Position numbers and translations under genes: made by a program. 64,000 nt of DNA, from positions 1,204,421 through 1,268,420 of the forward strand of contig OZ006972.1 of assembly GCA_963931255.1 (NCBI GenBank). Direction: 5' to 3'. This document shows positions 54,712-64,000 of this stretch, piece after piece. The notes below the pieces were generated by a model that saw only the letters and a program-made list of their open reading frames with translations, did no database searches and was not told the DNA's origin. This stretch comes from Candidatus Gastranaerophilales bacterium. GTDB taxonomy: Bacteria > Cyanobacteriota > Vampirovibrionia > Gastranaerophilales > Gastranaerophilaceae. Positions within the stretch are counted from its first letter, which is position 1, and every line of letters begins with the position of its first letter.

Positions 54712-55661
54712 TATTTATTTAAGCCTGCGCTGTTCATTATAAGTAACACAAGATTGTCATAATCTATGCCCATAGCGTTTGATTGTGCCGGTAAATCGCT
54801 GGTTTCAGTCATTCCGGGAGAAGTGTTGATTTCAAGAAAATAAGGTTTGTTATCCTTAATCATAAAATCTACACGTGAAACTCCTCTGCAGCCTGCAGTT
54901 TCGTGGGCTTTTACCGAAATTTCTTTTACCAGTTTTGTAGTTTCTTCATCCAATTCTGCCGGAAGAATAAATTCTGACATTCCTTTTGTATATTTGGCTT
55001 CAAAGTCATACCATTCATTTTTAGGGATGATTTCAAGAATTTCTGTGGCAAAATTTTTACCCTCATATTCAAGCACGCCGACGGTTACAAAAAATCCGTT
55101 GATAAATTCTTCTATTAAAACGTCATCATTATATTTTGCGGCTTCTTCATACGCGGCTTTCAATTCCTCGGGCGAATTTACCTTAGTCATCCCAAAGCTG
55201 GACCCTTCGCATACAGGTTTTGTTATTAAAGGATATGTTAAATCTTTGCAAGCCTCAACAACATCTTCACCTTTTCTTACAAAAACTGATTTAATCAGCG
55301 GAATATCTTTGCAGGTCGCAAGAATTCTTTTTGTATATTCTTTGTTCATACAAAGAGAACTTGCCATAACCCCGCAGCCTGTGTATGGAATCTGGAGGAT
55401 TTCAAGTAGACCCTGTATACAGCCGTCTTCACCATATTTGCCGTGCAGGGCATTATAGGCGTAATCGTACTTTCCGTTTTTTAAAGTCTCTGCAATATTT
55501 CTGTCGACTACAACCAGTTCGGCATTATTAAAGCCTAATCTTTTTAATGCTTCGTAGCAGCCTTTACCGGAACGCATTGAAATTTCTTTTTCAGAAGACA
55601 TCCCGCCGCATAATACAGCTATTTTTGCATTCTTATCTATATGATTTTCAAATCTTTGCAT
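54711..55661 (-). CDS. ddl: D-alanine--D-alanine ligase
   Basis: IAVLCGGMSSEKEIS, LHGKYGEDGCIQGLLE, FLEINTSPGMT. Confidence 0.95.
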   Translation of the reverse strand: MQRFENHIDKNAKIAVLCGGMSSEKEISMRSGKGCYEALKRLGFNNAELVVVDRNIAETLKNGKYDYAYNALHGKYGEDGCIQGLLEILQIPYTGCGVMASSLCMNKEYTKRILATCKDIPLIKSVFVRKGEDVVEACKDLTYPLITKPVCEGSSFGMTKVNSPEELKAAYEEAAKYNDDVLIEEFINGFFVTVGVLEYEGKNFATEILEIIPKNEWYDFEAKYTKGMSEFILPAELDEETTKLVKEISVKAHETAGCRGVSRVDFMIKDNKPYFLEINTSPGMTETSDLPAQSNAMGIDYDNLVLLIMNSAGLNK

Positions 55662-56527
55662 ATTTCTACCTCTTTACTGTTATCACCGAGAAATCTTACT
55701 TCCGGTCTTAGTTCTATATTAAACTTTTCTCTCACACTGTTTCTCATTTTTTGAATGACATTCAAAATATCAGATGAAGAGCCGCCTTGATTTATAATGA
55801 AGTTTGCATGGTTCTCCCAAACTCTGGCACCTCCTGATGTATAACCTTTGACTCCTGCCTGTTCAAGCAGCCTGCCTGAGGAATTTCCCTCAGGATTTCT
55901 GAAAACGCTTCCGCAATTCGGGAGGGTAAGCGACGGTTGATGGGTTTTTCTGAAATGCAGATTTTCATCCATTTTTGCTTTTATATCCTCTGCTGATGCC
56001 GGTTGAAGTTCAAATACAGCGCTTAGAACAATCAAATTTTTTGTCTGGCAGACAGAGGTTCTGTAAGAAAAATTCATGTCGTCTTTTTTCATTGTTATAA
56101 CGCCGGACTCCGGATTGTAGCACTTTGCTTCCACAAAACAGCCGGCAATATTTTGTCCGTGTGCGCCGGCATTCATAAAAACTTCCCCGCCTATGGTTCC
56201 TGGGAATGCTATCATAAATTCCAGTCCGCTCAACCCTTTTTCTTCTGCAGCCTGAGAAAGCTTTGCACCTTTTAAACCGCATTCTGCTTCAACTTTGTTT
56301 CCGTTAAAACGGAAGTTTGTCATTTTGGTTGTCAGTATGATTGTACCTGAATATCCGTCTGATGAAACAAGAGTATTTGTAAGGTTGCCGAAAACTTTTG
56401 CATCAGGATAGTCTTTTAATACCTGTACAAATTCTTCCACGGATTCGGGAAATATAACCTTTTTAATCTTCCCGCCGCATTTAAACGATGTCAGCCTTGT
56501 GACGTCAAAATTTTCTTCAACCAGCAA
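55637..56527 (-). CDS. murB: UDP-N-acetylenolpyruvoylglucosamine reductase
   Basis: TSFKCGGKIK, NAGAHG, GSVFRNP. I prefer the TTG at 56527 (AAGGAG 10 nt upstream, 11-nt overlap with the murC stop) over the track ATG at 56590, which would overlap murC by 74 nt. The start is uncertain. Confidence 0.85.
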   Translation of the reverse strand: MLVEENFDVTRLTSFKCGGKIKKVIFPESVEEFVQVLKDYPDAKVFGNLTNTLVSSDGYSGTIILTTKMTNFRFNGNKVEAECGLKGAKLSQAAEEKGLSGLEFMIAFPGTIGGEVFMNAGAHGQNIAGCFVEAKCYNPESGVITMKKDDMNFSYRTSVCQTKNLIVLSAVFELQPASAEDIKAKMDENLHFRKTHQPSLTLPNCGSVFRNPEGNSSGRLLEQAGVKGYTSGGARVWENHANFIINQGGSSSDILNVIQKMRNSVREKFNIELRPEVRFLGDNSKEVEICKDLKII

Positions 56528-57911
56528 CTTTTTCCATCTCCTTATCAAGTTGTAACAGTTCTTTTCCAAGTGTTGTAATAGTTCCCGCACCGAGTCCGAT
56601 TACAACATCTCCTGATTTTAATTCAGGGTATAGCTGTTGTGCTACGGATTTCATATCGCCTGCAATGTATTCACATGGAATTCCCCGTGTTTGCAGTTCT
56701 GTTGTAAAGTTTTCGGAATTTATACCGTCGATAGAGTCTTCGCTTGCCGCATATACATCTGTTACAATAACTTTATCCACTCCGTCAAAAGAGTCTAAAA
56801 ATTCATTCCACAAACTTTTTAATCTTGTGTATCTGTGCGGTTGGAATACTGCAATTACACGATGGTTTGAAAATGAAGATGCCGCTGAAAGAGTAGCTTT
56901 TATTTCTGTCGGGTGGTGTGCATAATCATCATAGAGTGAGATGCCCCCGAATTCTCCTACTTTCTGAAATCTTCTGCCCATACCGCTGAATGTTGCAAAA
57001 TGAGGCTTAATAAGATTGATATCTACGCCGTCCTGATGCAGGCTTGCAAATACAGCAAGTGAATTATAAACATTGTGTACACCTTTTAGAATGATTTTCA
57101 TATCTGTAAGGAATTCATCTTTGTAATAGATGTCATAAGTTGTGCTATCTTCTCCGTACACTATATTTTTTGCAGTGTAGTCCGCTTCATTCAAACCGTA
57201 TGAACATATATGATTAGGGATTAATGTAGAACATCCTCCGATTAATTCTTCAACGCCGTCACTGTCATTATTTGCAAGAATTATGGCATCAGGTTTCAAA
57301 CCGGAAAGAAATTTTTCAAATGTATCCAGAATAGCAGACAAACCTTCTTTATAAAAATCAAGGTGGTCAGCTTCCAGATTATTAATCACAACAGTATCCG
57401 GTGAATATTTGACAATTGTACCGTCACTTTCATCAAGTTCAGCTACAAAATATTTTCCGCTGCGATATTGAGCGTTTGTTGAAATTTCCGGAACTATTCC
57501 GCCGACCACAAATGACGGATTAAGACCTGCTTTTTCCAGTACATAAGATGCAAGTCCGCTTGTTGTAGTTTTACCGTGAGTTCCCGCATATCCTATGAAA
57601 AATTTTCCGCCGCGTGAAATTTCCGCAAGCAAATCAGAACGGTGGTAAATCGGCAGACCTAATTCTTTTGCTCTGAGAATTTCAGGATTGTTTGCACGTA
57701 TTGCTGTACTTGCAATTACAACACAATTATCAGGTACATTTTCTGCGCTGTGTCCGATATGGATAACTGCGCCTAAATCTCTTAACTGTTGAACATATTT
57801 GCTGTCGCAAATGTCAGAACCGCTGACTTCACATCCCTGTTCAAGCAAGTATTTTGCCAGCCCGCTCATTCCGACTCCGCCTATTGCTATAAAATAATAC
57901 TTCTTATTCAA
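56517..57911 (-). CDS. murC: UDP-N-acetylmuramate--L-alanine ligase
   Basis: YFIAIGGVGMSGLA, GTHGKTTTSGL. Confidence 0.95.
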   Translation of the reverse strand: MNKKYYFIAIGGVGMSGLAKYLLEQGCEVSGSDICDSKYVQQLRDLGAVIHIGHSAENVPDNCVVIASTAIRANNPEILRAKELGLPIYHRSDLLAEISRGGKFFIGYAGTHGKTTTSGLASYVLEKAGLNPSFVVGGIVPEISTNAQYRSGKYFVAELDESDGTIVKYSPDTVVINNLEADHLDFYKEGLSAILDTFEKFLSGLKPDAIILANNDSDGVEELIGGCSTLIPNHICSYGLNEADYTAKNIVYGEDSTTYDIYYKDEFLTDMKIILKGVHNVYNSLAVFASLHQDGVDINLIKPHFATFSGMGRRFQKVGEFGGISLYDDYAHHPTEIKATLSAASSFSNHRVIAVFQPHRYTRLKSLWNEFLDSFDGVDKVIVTDVYAASEDSIDGINSENFTTELQTRGIPCEYIAGDMKSVAQQLYPELKSGDVVIGLGAGTITTLGKELLQLDKEMEKVAG

Positions 57912-58027
57912 AACCGCTGTTTCCTAACTGTAATGGTAATTACTATCTATATAGTTAATATTATAATACTAAAAAAATTATTCCGGTTAAATGTTATGAT
58001 TTATTAATATTTTATGCAAAAATTTTT

Positions 58028-58618
58028 TTGTCCGGTTTTAATAGTTTTATGATAACAAATTTAACCCCTGTAATAAAAAAAGTGCCGCGGCTGCTTATCT
58101 ATACAAAAGACGTTTACTCACAAAAATACGGAATGATAAGCGCATATAATATGGCAAATACTGAAACCGGTGAATTTGCCGGAAGAATGTATACCAGAAA
58201 ACTCCACGAGGATTTTACATCCCAGTATTACCCGACATTATGCGGGTATGACTCATTAAAAATAGAATATCTTGCAACGGAAGAACAAAATCAGGGATAC
58301 GGCAGAGCCTTTATTAATCTGGCAAAGGCCGAAAGCCGGCGTCAGGGGTGTGACGGGCGTGTACACCTTGATGCAAGCCGTATTTATTGCCCGCGCAGAC
58401 CTCCGCATATTTTTTACCGTAAATGCGGTTTTACTTCAATTTATCAGGATAAAATTAAATATATAGATGAATGTATTAAACGTCATAAACCTATGCACTG
58501 GTCAAAGGCTGATAATCTCCCGATGTATCTTCCGCTTGAAGCGGAAAATTCCAAAAAAGTTAAAATGTATTCAAAACTTTTACTTTTTGTAAAAAAAATT
58601 AGAAATTTATTCGCATAA
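58028..58618 (+). CDS. putative GNAT-fold acetyltransferase (weak call)
   Basis: EEQNQGYGRAFINLAKAESRRQG resembles the Q/R-x-x-G-x-G/A acetyl-CoA loop, and FYRKCGF follows. The start is TTG 58028 or ATG 58049. Confidence 0.4.
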   Translation: MSGFNSFMITNLTPVIKKVPRLLIYTKDVYSQKYGMISAYNMANTETGEFAGRMYTRKLHEDFTSQYYPTLCGYDSLKIEYLATEEQNQGYGRAFINLAKAESRRQGCDGRVHLDASRIYCPRRPPHIFYRKCGFTSIYQDKIKYIDECIKRHKPMHWSKADNLPMYLPLEAENSKKVKMYSKLLLFVKKIRNLFA

Positions 58619-58680
58619 AAGCAAATTTTTCAGGTTTAATGTTTTTATTCATAATGTATAAGGTAGAAAGGTAATTAATT

Positions 58681-58953
58681 ATGGCAGTAATCGACAAAAC
58701 AAATTTGACTCCGAAACTTACACCGACGGAGAAACCTGTTATCAAATACACGGATAAAAACGGTGAAAGTTATATGGCAAGAGAAGTTCAACTTGAAAAC
58801 GGCTACAAATGTATGGCTGTTTCTAATACAAAAAATCCTGCGCAGGCTACTTTAATGAACCATGATGTATTTGAAAAAACATTAAAAGATTCAATCCCTG
58901 AAAAACCTGTTCAACGTCACGCGGGTGATACGTTTGAAATGTCTAAAAAATAA
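58681..58953 (+). CDS. hypothetical protein (90 aa)
   Basis: AAGGTAGAAAGG upstream. No motif recognised. Confidence 0.6.
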   Translation: MAVIDKTNLTPKLTPTEKPVIKYTDKNGESYMAREVQLENGYKCMAVSNTKNPAQATLMNHDVFEKTLKDSIPEKPVQRHAGDTFEMSKK

Positions 58954-59023
58954 CCTATAAAATGCAGATGTACTGTATATTTTACACGGGTTAGCCTTGA
59001 CAAACATGCTATAATAAAATTAT

Positions 59024-60505
59024 ATGATAAGAAGAAAAATTTGCCTGCTGATTATATTTATGATTTTAGGCGGATTTGTTAAGGCGTATGGTCAGGATGA
59101 CGATGATGAACTGTTTAAGCTGGTAGAGGTCAGGAACGGTACGTCTTTGTCCGTCATAGACTGTGTTGCCGTGGCGTTTAAAAACAGTCCTAAGATTAAA
59201 CGCCGCAAATACAATCTTGATATAGCTAAAAGTAATGTAGGTATTGCAAAATCCCAATATTTCCCTGTTATAAATGCCGGAACCGGTTTTTATAATGAAA
59301 ATAACTCGGACAACATTTATTACAATTCACATTATAGAGAGCTGCCGTCTGTCGGTGTTTCTGTTAATAAGTTAATCTGGAATTTCGGCAAGACTACGGC
59401 TTATATAAAGATGGAAGAGTTTTACAAAATAGGGGCAGAATATGAATTTATAGACAGCCTTTGCTCTACTTTATTTGATATAAAAGGGAAATACTATAAT
59501 CTTTTGCGCGCACAGGCGTTTTTGGATATTGCAAAGTATAATGCGGAGCTTAATGAAAAGTTTGTCAAGCTTGCGCGGGATAAGAAAAAATCGGACTTAA
59601 CAACCGCAGAATTGAATTTAAGTGAGGCTCAGGTTCAATATATAGAAGCCTTGAACGATTTTAATAATGAAAAAGTAAATCTGACCAATGCGATGTATCT
59701 TGAAAATCAGCCGGAATATATTATTAAACCTACCCAAACGTTTGCTTATAACAAAGATTTTTCTTATAATCCGAAAAATTTTGACAATGATAATTTAGTC
59801 TTTCAGCAATTTCCGTTTTCGCGGGAAAAAGCCGTTGATATTGCGTATGAAAATAGCCCTGATTTGCAGGTGTTGATGTCAACAAAGCAGGCAATGGAAC
59901 AATCTCTGCTATATATCAAGCGGACGTATCTTCCTGATTTAACGGCAAGTGCAGGTTACGGTTTTAATAATTCCAATATGGCAACGAATAACAGTTTTCA
60001 GGTCGGGGTTAATCTTTCTTCTGCCGTTAATATTATGGAACTCAGACATAGCATTAAAGGTGCTGATGCACAGGTACATCTTGCGGATAATGAAATTTTG
60101 CTTTTTAAAAAGGATTTGTATTTTGAATTAAAAAGAGCATTCAACAATCTTGATAAATCAGAAAAGGAAATTCCAACCGCAAAACTTGAAGTTATGCAGT
60201 CTTTTGACAATCTTGAACTTGTACAGGAACAGTACATAAAGAATGAGCTTAATTATGTTGCACTGCAGGATGCCAGAAAGGATTATATTAATGCTCTCAA
60301 GCGTTACGTTACAAGTTTATATAATTACAATATGTCGTTAATTCAGGTTGAAATGGCAATGCACTTCCATTTGGTGGACATTCACCACAAATCGGAACAT
60401 GCAATGCATTATCATTCAAAAGAACTGGTCGAACATCTTAACAGGGCACTTGGCTGCGATGAAGATGAAGTTAAAAAAGATAAAAGTAAAAAAGACAGTC
60501 TGTAA
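59024..60505 (+). CDS. TolC-family outer-membrane efflux protein with a His-rich C-terminal tail
   Basis: Signal peptide MIRRKICLLIIFMILGGFVKAYG. OEP-type repeats (DIAKSNVGIAKSQYFPVINAGTGF, LEQSLLYIKRTYLPDLTASAGYGF). Tail HFHLVDIHHKSEHAMHYHSKELVEH. Confidence 0.85.
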   Translation: MIRRKICLLIIFMILGGFVKAYGQDDDDELFKLVEVRNGTSLSVIDCVAVAFKNSPKIKRRKYNLDIAKSNVGIAKSQYFPVINAGTGFYNENNSDNIYYNSHYRELPSVGVSVNKLIWNFGKTTAYIKMEEFYKIGAEYEFIDSLCSTLFDIKGKYYNLLRAQAFLDIAKYNAELNEKFVKLARDKKKSDLTTAELNLSEAQVQYIEALNDFNNEKVNLTNAMYLENQPEYIIKPTQTFAYNKDFSYNPKNFDNDNLVFQQFPFSREKAVDIAYENSPDLQVLMSTKQAMEQSLLYIKRTYLPDLTASAGYGFNNSNMATNNSFQVGVNLSSAVNIMELRHSIKGADAQVHLADNEILLFKKDLYFELKRAFNNLDKSEKEIPTAKLEVMQSFDNLELVQEQYIKNELNYVALQDARKDYINALKRYVTSLYNYNMSLIQVEMAMHFHLVDIHHKSEHAMHYHSKELVEHLNRALGCDEDEVKKDKSKKDSL

Positions 60506-60554
60506 TGCCGGTAGCAATAATCTATACAGGATGATTTTATAGTGAATTCGGGTG

Positions 60555-60998
60555 TCAATTTTTATTATTGTAGATTTTTCCTATTTGCGTTTTGAAATCA
60601 GGGTTGGAGGCAGAGTATTCCGATATAAAACCGGCAAATCTGGTGAGTCTTTCAAACAGTTCATCGGAAACTATATGTTCCATACGGCACGCATTTGCGG
60701 CAGCTTCTTTTGCAGGAAGACAAAGAATTTCCGTGAAAAATTTTGTTATTGTGTCGTGTTTTTTTAAAATTTCTTTTGCAATTTTTTCACCGTCTTTGGT
60801 AATTGTTATTTTAGAGTAAGGCGCATAATTGATGAGTTTTTTTTCAGCAAGCTGATTCAGGGCGCCTGTGACGGATGCTTTTTTTACATTAAGTGCGTTG
60901 GATATCGCTGTTACACTTGCAAATCCCTGCTGCGTAACTTCTACATATATCTCTTCCAGATAATCTTCCTGACTTTGTGATAGCGAGAATTTTTCCAT
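60555..60998 (-). CDS. DtxR/MntR-family metal-dependent transcriptional regulator
   Basis: LSQSQEDYLEEIY, VTAISNALNVKKASVTGALNQLAEKKLI, FFTEILCLPAKEAAANACRMEHIVSDE. Confidence 0.85.
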   Translation of the reverse strand: MEKFSLSQSQEDYLEEIYVEVTQQGFASVTAISNALNVKKASVTGALNQLAEKKLINYAPYSKITITKDGEKIAKEILKKHDTITKFFTEILCLPAKEAAANACRMEHIVSDELFERLTRFAGFISEYSASNPDFKTQIGKIYNNKN

Positions 60999-61037
60999 AA
61001 TGGTTATTATAACATATAGGGGCAGGTTGTTGCAAAC

Positions 61038-62942
61038 TTAGTTTAAATCGTTTTCTATCAGGGTTACAAATTCATTAACAAGAGTAGCATTCCATTTTTT
61101 GCCGGCATCTTTTCTTATTTCAATCAAGGCTTCCTGCGGACTTAATTTTGAGCGGTAGGCTCTCTGTTCAAGCAGGGCAAAGTAGGAATCTACTATCAAT
61201 ATTATCTGGGATGCCAGCGGAATTTCATCTCTGGCAATTTTATTCGGATAGCCTGTTCCATCCCAATTTTCGTGGTGGTGTTCAATTATAGGAAGAATAT
61301 CCTGAATGTAGGAAATCGGTTTAAGAATTTCCTGTGCCGCAATAACAGGGTGCTCTTTGATATGTTGTTTTTCATCTTCTGTCAGAGGTCCAGCTTTTTG
61401 TAAAATTGCCTGCGGCAGAACGAGGTTTCCTATATCATACAAAAGCGTTGCAACGCGGAGTTTGTCTATTTCATCTTTTGAAAGGTCGAAACGTTTGGCA
61501 AGACTTACGGCAACCTGAACTTTAGATTTTATGGCGCCTTTTGTGTGGAGCGGGTTATAAATCTTAGTCAGCATATCTGCAATGGAATACAGAAGTTCTC
61601 TTTGCGGTTCTGTCTGGCTGTTTGCATTTCTGAGTTTTTCGCAAATTTCGTCTGATAATTTTTTATCAACAGGAACATTGTGTTTTGATAGAACATCAAT
61701 AAACGTATGAATTGCAACTTCCTGCCAGGATGTTTCGGATGCAGGTTTTGCAAGGGTTACCTGATTTCTGCCGTTTCTTTTTGACTGGTACATAGCCTGA
61801 TCGGTAAGTTCAATAACTTCTTCAATATTATCGGAATGTTCCAAGAACGTTCCGACCCCGATACTTGCCGTGATATGCCCTATTGTATCAAGTTCGGTAT
61901 CTTCTATGGCTTTCCTGATTCTTTCCGCGGCAACCATTGCGCCCTTTGAATCTACTCCGGGGAGAATTACGCTGAATTCTTCTCCGCCGAGACGTGCTGC
62001 TGTATCAACTGTACGGGCATTATGTTTGAGAACATCCGCAACTGCTTTGATTGCAATATCTCCAAATGCGTGACCGTATGCATCATTAATTTTTTTCAAA
62101 AAGTCCAAATCAATTCCGATAATGCTGAAAGGTTGATTTTGACGCTGAGCACGTTTAACTTCTTTATCAAGGTATTCTTCAAAATATCTGCGGTTATAAA
62201 GACCTGTCAATCCGTCTGTTACGGCCTGTTCTTTTACTGCATCAAACAAATCAGCTATAGTAATAGCCATTTCCACCTGCTGGGCAAATATTGACAGAAA
62301 ATCCGTTTCAGAGTCAGTCAGCGAATCCCTTGAAGATAATACGACCAGCCAGCCGAAAGGCTTTTGGCGTGTGTATATAGGAATTATGATGATTGATTTG
62401 CTGGACATTTTTCCGAGCACCATATCTATATTTTCTTCGGAAAGCCCAGGAATTACGTATGACATTGCTCCTCTAAGGTCATTAGATTGAACAATTTTTT
62501 TATTCACGAGGGCTTCTGCAAATTTCCCCTCTGCATCGTATTCGATTCGCTGCATGTGTAAAGGCGGGGTTAATTTCTCGTTTAGAAAATCTATAATCTT
62601 GTTTTGTGACTGGGTGATAATCGTCATAAAGTCGCCCTGTTCATCGGTTTCTTTACGAATAATTACACAATGCAGATACCCTAATTCACCTTTAATACTG
62701 TTTACAATTTTATCAAGAACGCTTAACAGCGGTTTTGATGAATTCATCATTTCCCAGATGTGCTGGAGTGTTAACATGCGTTTGTTTGCCATGTTAAGTT
62801 CCATGGTACGCTGTTCAATTTCTTTTTCCAACTGGAGGTTGCGTTCGTAAATTTCAAGATATTCCTGTTTCCCGCCGTAGATTGCACTTTCTACTTCGGA
62901 AATTTTTGACCTTATTTCCCGTATTTTGTCAAAAAATCCCAT
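61038..62942 (-). CDS. coiled-coil / GAF-like / GGDEF / HD-GYP multidomain c-di-GMP turnover protein
   Basis: GLTGLYNRRYF. RTVD (RxxD I-site) five residues before GGEEF. LLYDIGN, HHHENWDGTGYP. Confidence 0.9.
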   Translation of the reverse strand: MGFFDKIREIRSKISEVESAIYGGKQEYLEIYERNLQLEKEIEQRTMELNMANKRMLTLQHIWEMMNSSKPLLSVLDKIVNSIKGELGYLHCVIIRKETDEQGDFMTIITQSQNKIIDFLNEKLTPPLHMQRIEYDAEGKFAEALVNKKIVQSNDLRGAMSYVIPGLSEENIDMVLGKMSSKSIIIIPIYTRQKPFGWLVVLSSRDSLTDSETDFLSIFAQQVEMAITIADLFDAVKEQAVTDGLTGLYNRRYFEEYLDKEVKRAQRQNQPFSIIGIDLDFLKKINDAYGHAFGDIAIKAVADVLKHNARTVDTAARLGGEEFSVILPGVDSKGAMVAAERIRKAIEDTELDTIGHITASIGVGTFLEHSDNIEEVIELTDQAMYQSKRNGRNQVTLAKPASETSWQEVAIHTFIDVLSKHNVPVDKKLSDEICEKLRNANSQTEPQRELLYSIADMLTKIYNPLHTKGAIKSKVQVAVSLAKRFDLSKDEIDKLRVATLLYDIGNLVLPQAILQKAGPLTEDEKQHIKEHPVIAAQEILKPISYIQDILPIIEHHHENWDGTGYPNKIARDEIPLASQIILIVDSYFALLEQRAYRSKLSPQEALIEIRKDAGKKWNATLVNEFVTLIENDLN

Positions 62943-63018
62943 AAACCCTTTTGCAACTCCGTTTGGATGTGTTTACTTTTCTATTATACCATATTTGTCA
63001 AGATTTTTCAGTATATTG

Positions 63019-63981
63019 TTAAAAATTTTTCCTGTCTTCAAGGAATGCAGCGCCGATGACACCTGAAAAATCACCGAGGGTAGCTTTTTTAAATTCTATT
63101 TTTTCTGCAGGAACCGGAAGTGATTTAGCGCGTGCTTTTTTGATGGTTTTCTGGTAGAAAAAGTCAACGGCTTCTATCAATCCGCCTCCCAGTACAATCA
63201 ATTTAGGGTTTACAAAATTGATTACGCTTGCAAGTCCGCCTGAAAGGTACTCTGCGGCTTCTGTTACGCACTGTATAACAAGTTCGTCATCTCGCTCAAT
63301 GGCTTTTTGAATCATACCGGAGGTAATAGACTTTCCTCCCTCAAGGTAATCAAGAATGCAGGATTTTCTCCCTTTTCTTAACGCTCCCTCTATTCTTCTT
63401 TCTATTGCGGAACGGGATGCGTAGGCTTCCAGACATCCGTGTGCGCCGCAGCCGCACGGTCTGCCGTTCAAATCCACTATAACATGTCCGATTTCGCCTG
63501 CTGTACCGGTTGCACCGTAGATGATTTCTCCTTTTTTTACTATTGATGAGCCTACGCCTGTGCCTACAAATATGCAGACAAAGTCATCATACCCCTTTGC
63601 CGCTCCGAATTTCATTTCGCCTATTGCGGCTATTTCAACATCATTTCCGAGATGAACGGGGATATTAAAATGTTCTTCCAGTTGCTGTTTTATGTTCAAA
63701 TCATAGCAGTCAAGATTCGGGGCTCCTATCAAAATTCCGTTAACTCTGTCGACCTGACCTGCTGCTCCAACGCCGATTGAACTGATTTCATCTTGTGAAA
63801 TGCCGCTCTCTTCCATCAGTTCTTCAATTCCGTCAAGCATTTTTTTTATAATATTTTTAGGGCCTTTGTCTTTTTTTGTCTTCTTCTTAACGGATGCGGC
63901 AACTTCTCCTGTTTCGCGGTTAACCAGCGCTATCAGAATTTTTGTGCCGCCTAAATCTATTCCTATTGAATACTTTTTCAT
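63019..63981 (-). CDS. ROK-family glucokinase
   Basis: GIDLGGTKI, GTAGEIGH, Zn motif CGCGAHGCLEAY. Confidence 0.85.
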   Translation of the reverse strand: MKKYSIGIDLGGTKILIALVNRETGEVAASVKKKTKKDKGPKNIIKKMLDGIEELMEESGISQDEISSIGVGAAGQVDRVNGILIGAPNLDCYDLNIKQQLEEHFNIPVHLGNDVEIAAIGEMKFGAAKGYDDFVCIFVGTGVGSSIVKKGEIIYGATGTAGEIGHVIVDLNGRPCGCGAHGCLEAYASRSAIERRIEGALRKGRKSCILDYLEGGKSITSGMIQKAIERDDELVIQCVTEAAEYLSGGLASVINFVNPKLIVLGGGLIEAVDFFYQKTIKKARAKSLPVPAEKIEFKKATLGDFSGVIGAAFLEDRKNF

Positions 63982-64000
63982 ATACCGGAATTATATCTTA

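Noticed and set aside
1-64000. CRISPR arrays, rRNA/tRNA genes, IS elements, integrases.
   Set aside because: I saw no regularly spaced direct repeats, no cloverleaf-like GC-rich segments in intergenic regions over 100 bp, and no transposase- or recombinase-like ORFs. tRNA absence was judged by eye only. tRNAscan-SE would settle it.
1-64000. Alternative genetic code (stop-codon reassignment).
   Set aside because: All recognisable housekeeping genes are full-length and motif-complete under the standard bacterial code. No in-frame TGA/TAG/TAA interruptions needed explaining.

Overview
AT-rich, densely coding bacterial chromosomal window with about 60 protein genes. By eye I found no rRNA, tRNA, CRISPR array, transposase or integrase. 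Most genes are housekeeping. Cell envelope and division: murC-murB-ddl-ftsQ, murJ, a SpoIID-like protein, murT, alr, and a TolC-family outer-membrane protein. tRNA and translation: tyrS, cysS, miaB, mnmE, tsaC. Cofactors: lipA, an lpd-like gene, a lipoate ligase, pdxJ, nadE. Regulators: rex, a DtxR/MntR regulator, XRE-type HTH proteins, and two NarL-type response regulators. c-di-GMP enzymes: a GAF/HD-GYP protein and a GGDEF+HD-GYP hybrid. A GlpT/UhpC-type transporter gene runs off the left edge and is missing from the ORF track. Several track ORFs needed shorter N-termini. Diderm markers (TolC-like OMP, FtsQ, MurJ), a prepilin-type leader (KKAFTLAEVLITLGIIGVVAAMTLP) and the low G+C suggest a gut-type non-model lineage. 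That is only an impression and I cannot assign a taxon without a search. Three things are unexplained. (1) A 1,779-aa ORF with no signal peptide and low-complexity sequence (2377-7716) contains two copies of a module made of a coiled coil plus a Gly/Ala/Thr-rich hydrophobic block. (2) A near-identical promoter/leader element sits in front of two otherwise unlinked genes: an orphan phage-tail-fibre-like gene (17109) and an Asn/Gln-rich 220-aa gene (38277). (3) Several further family-less proteins occur: a 588-aa protein with a poly-Asp/Ser spacer and a tandem repeat, a translationally coupled pair of secreted paralogs, and an EF-hand protein. All functional calls come from motif recognition by eye. 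No searches were run.
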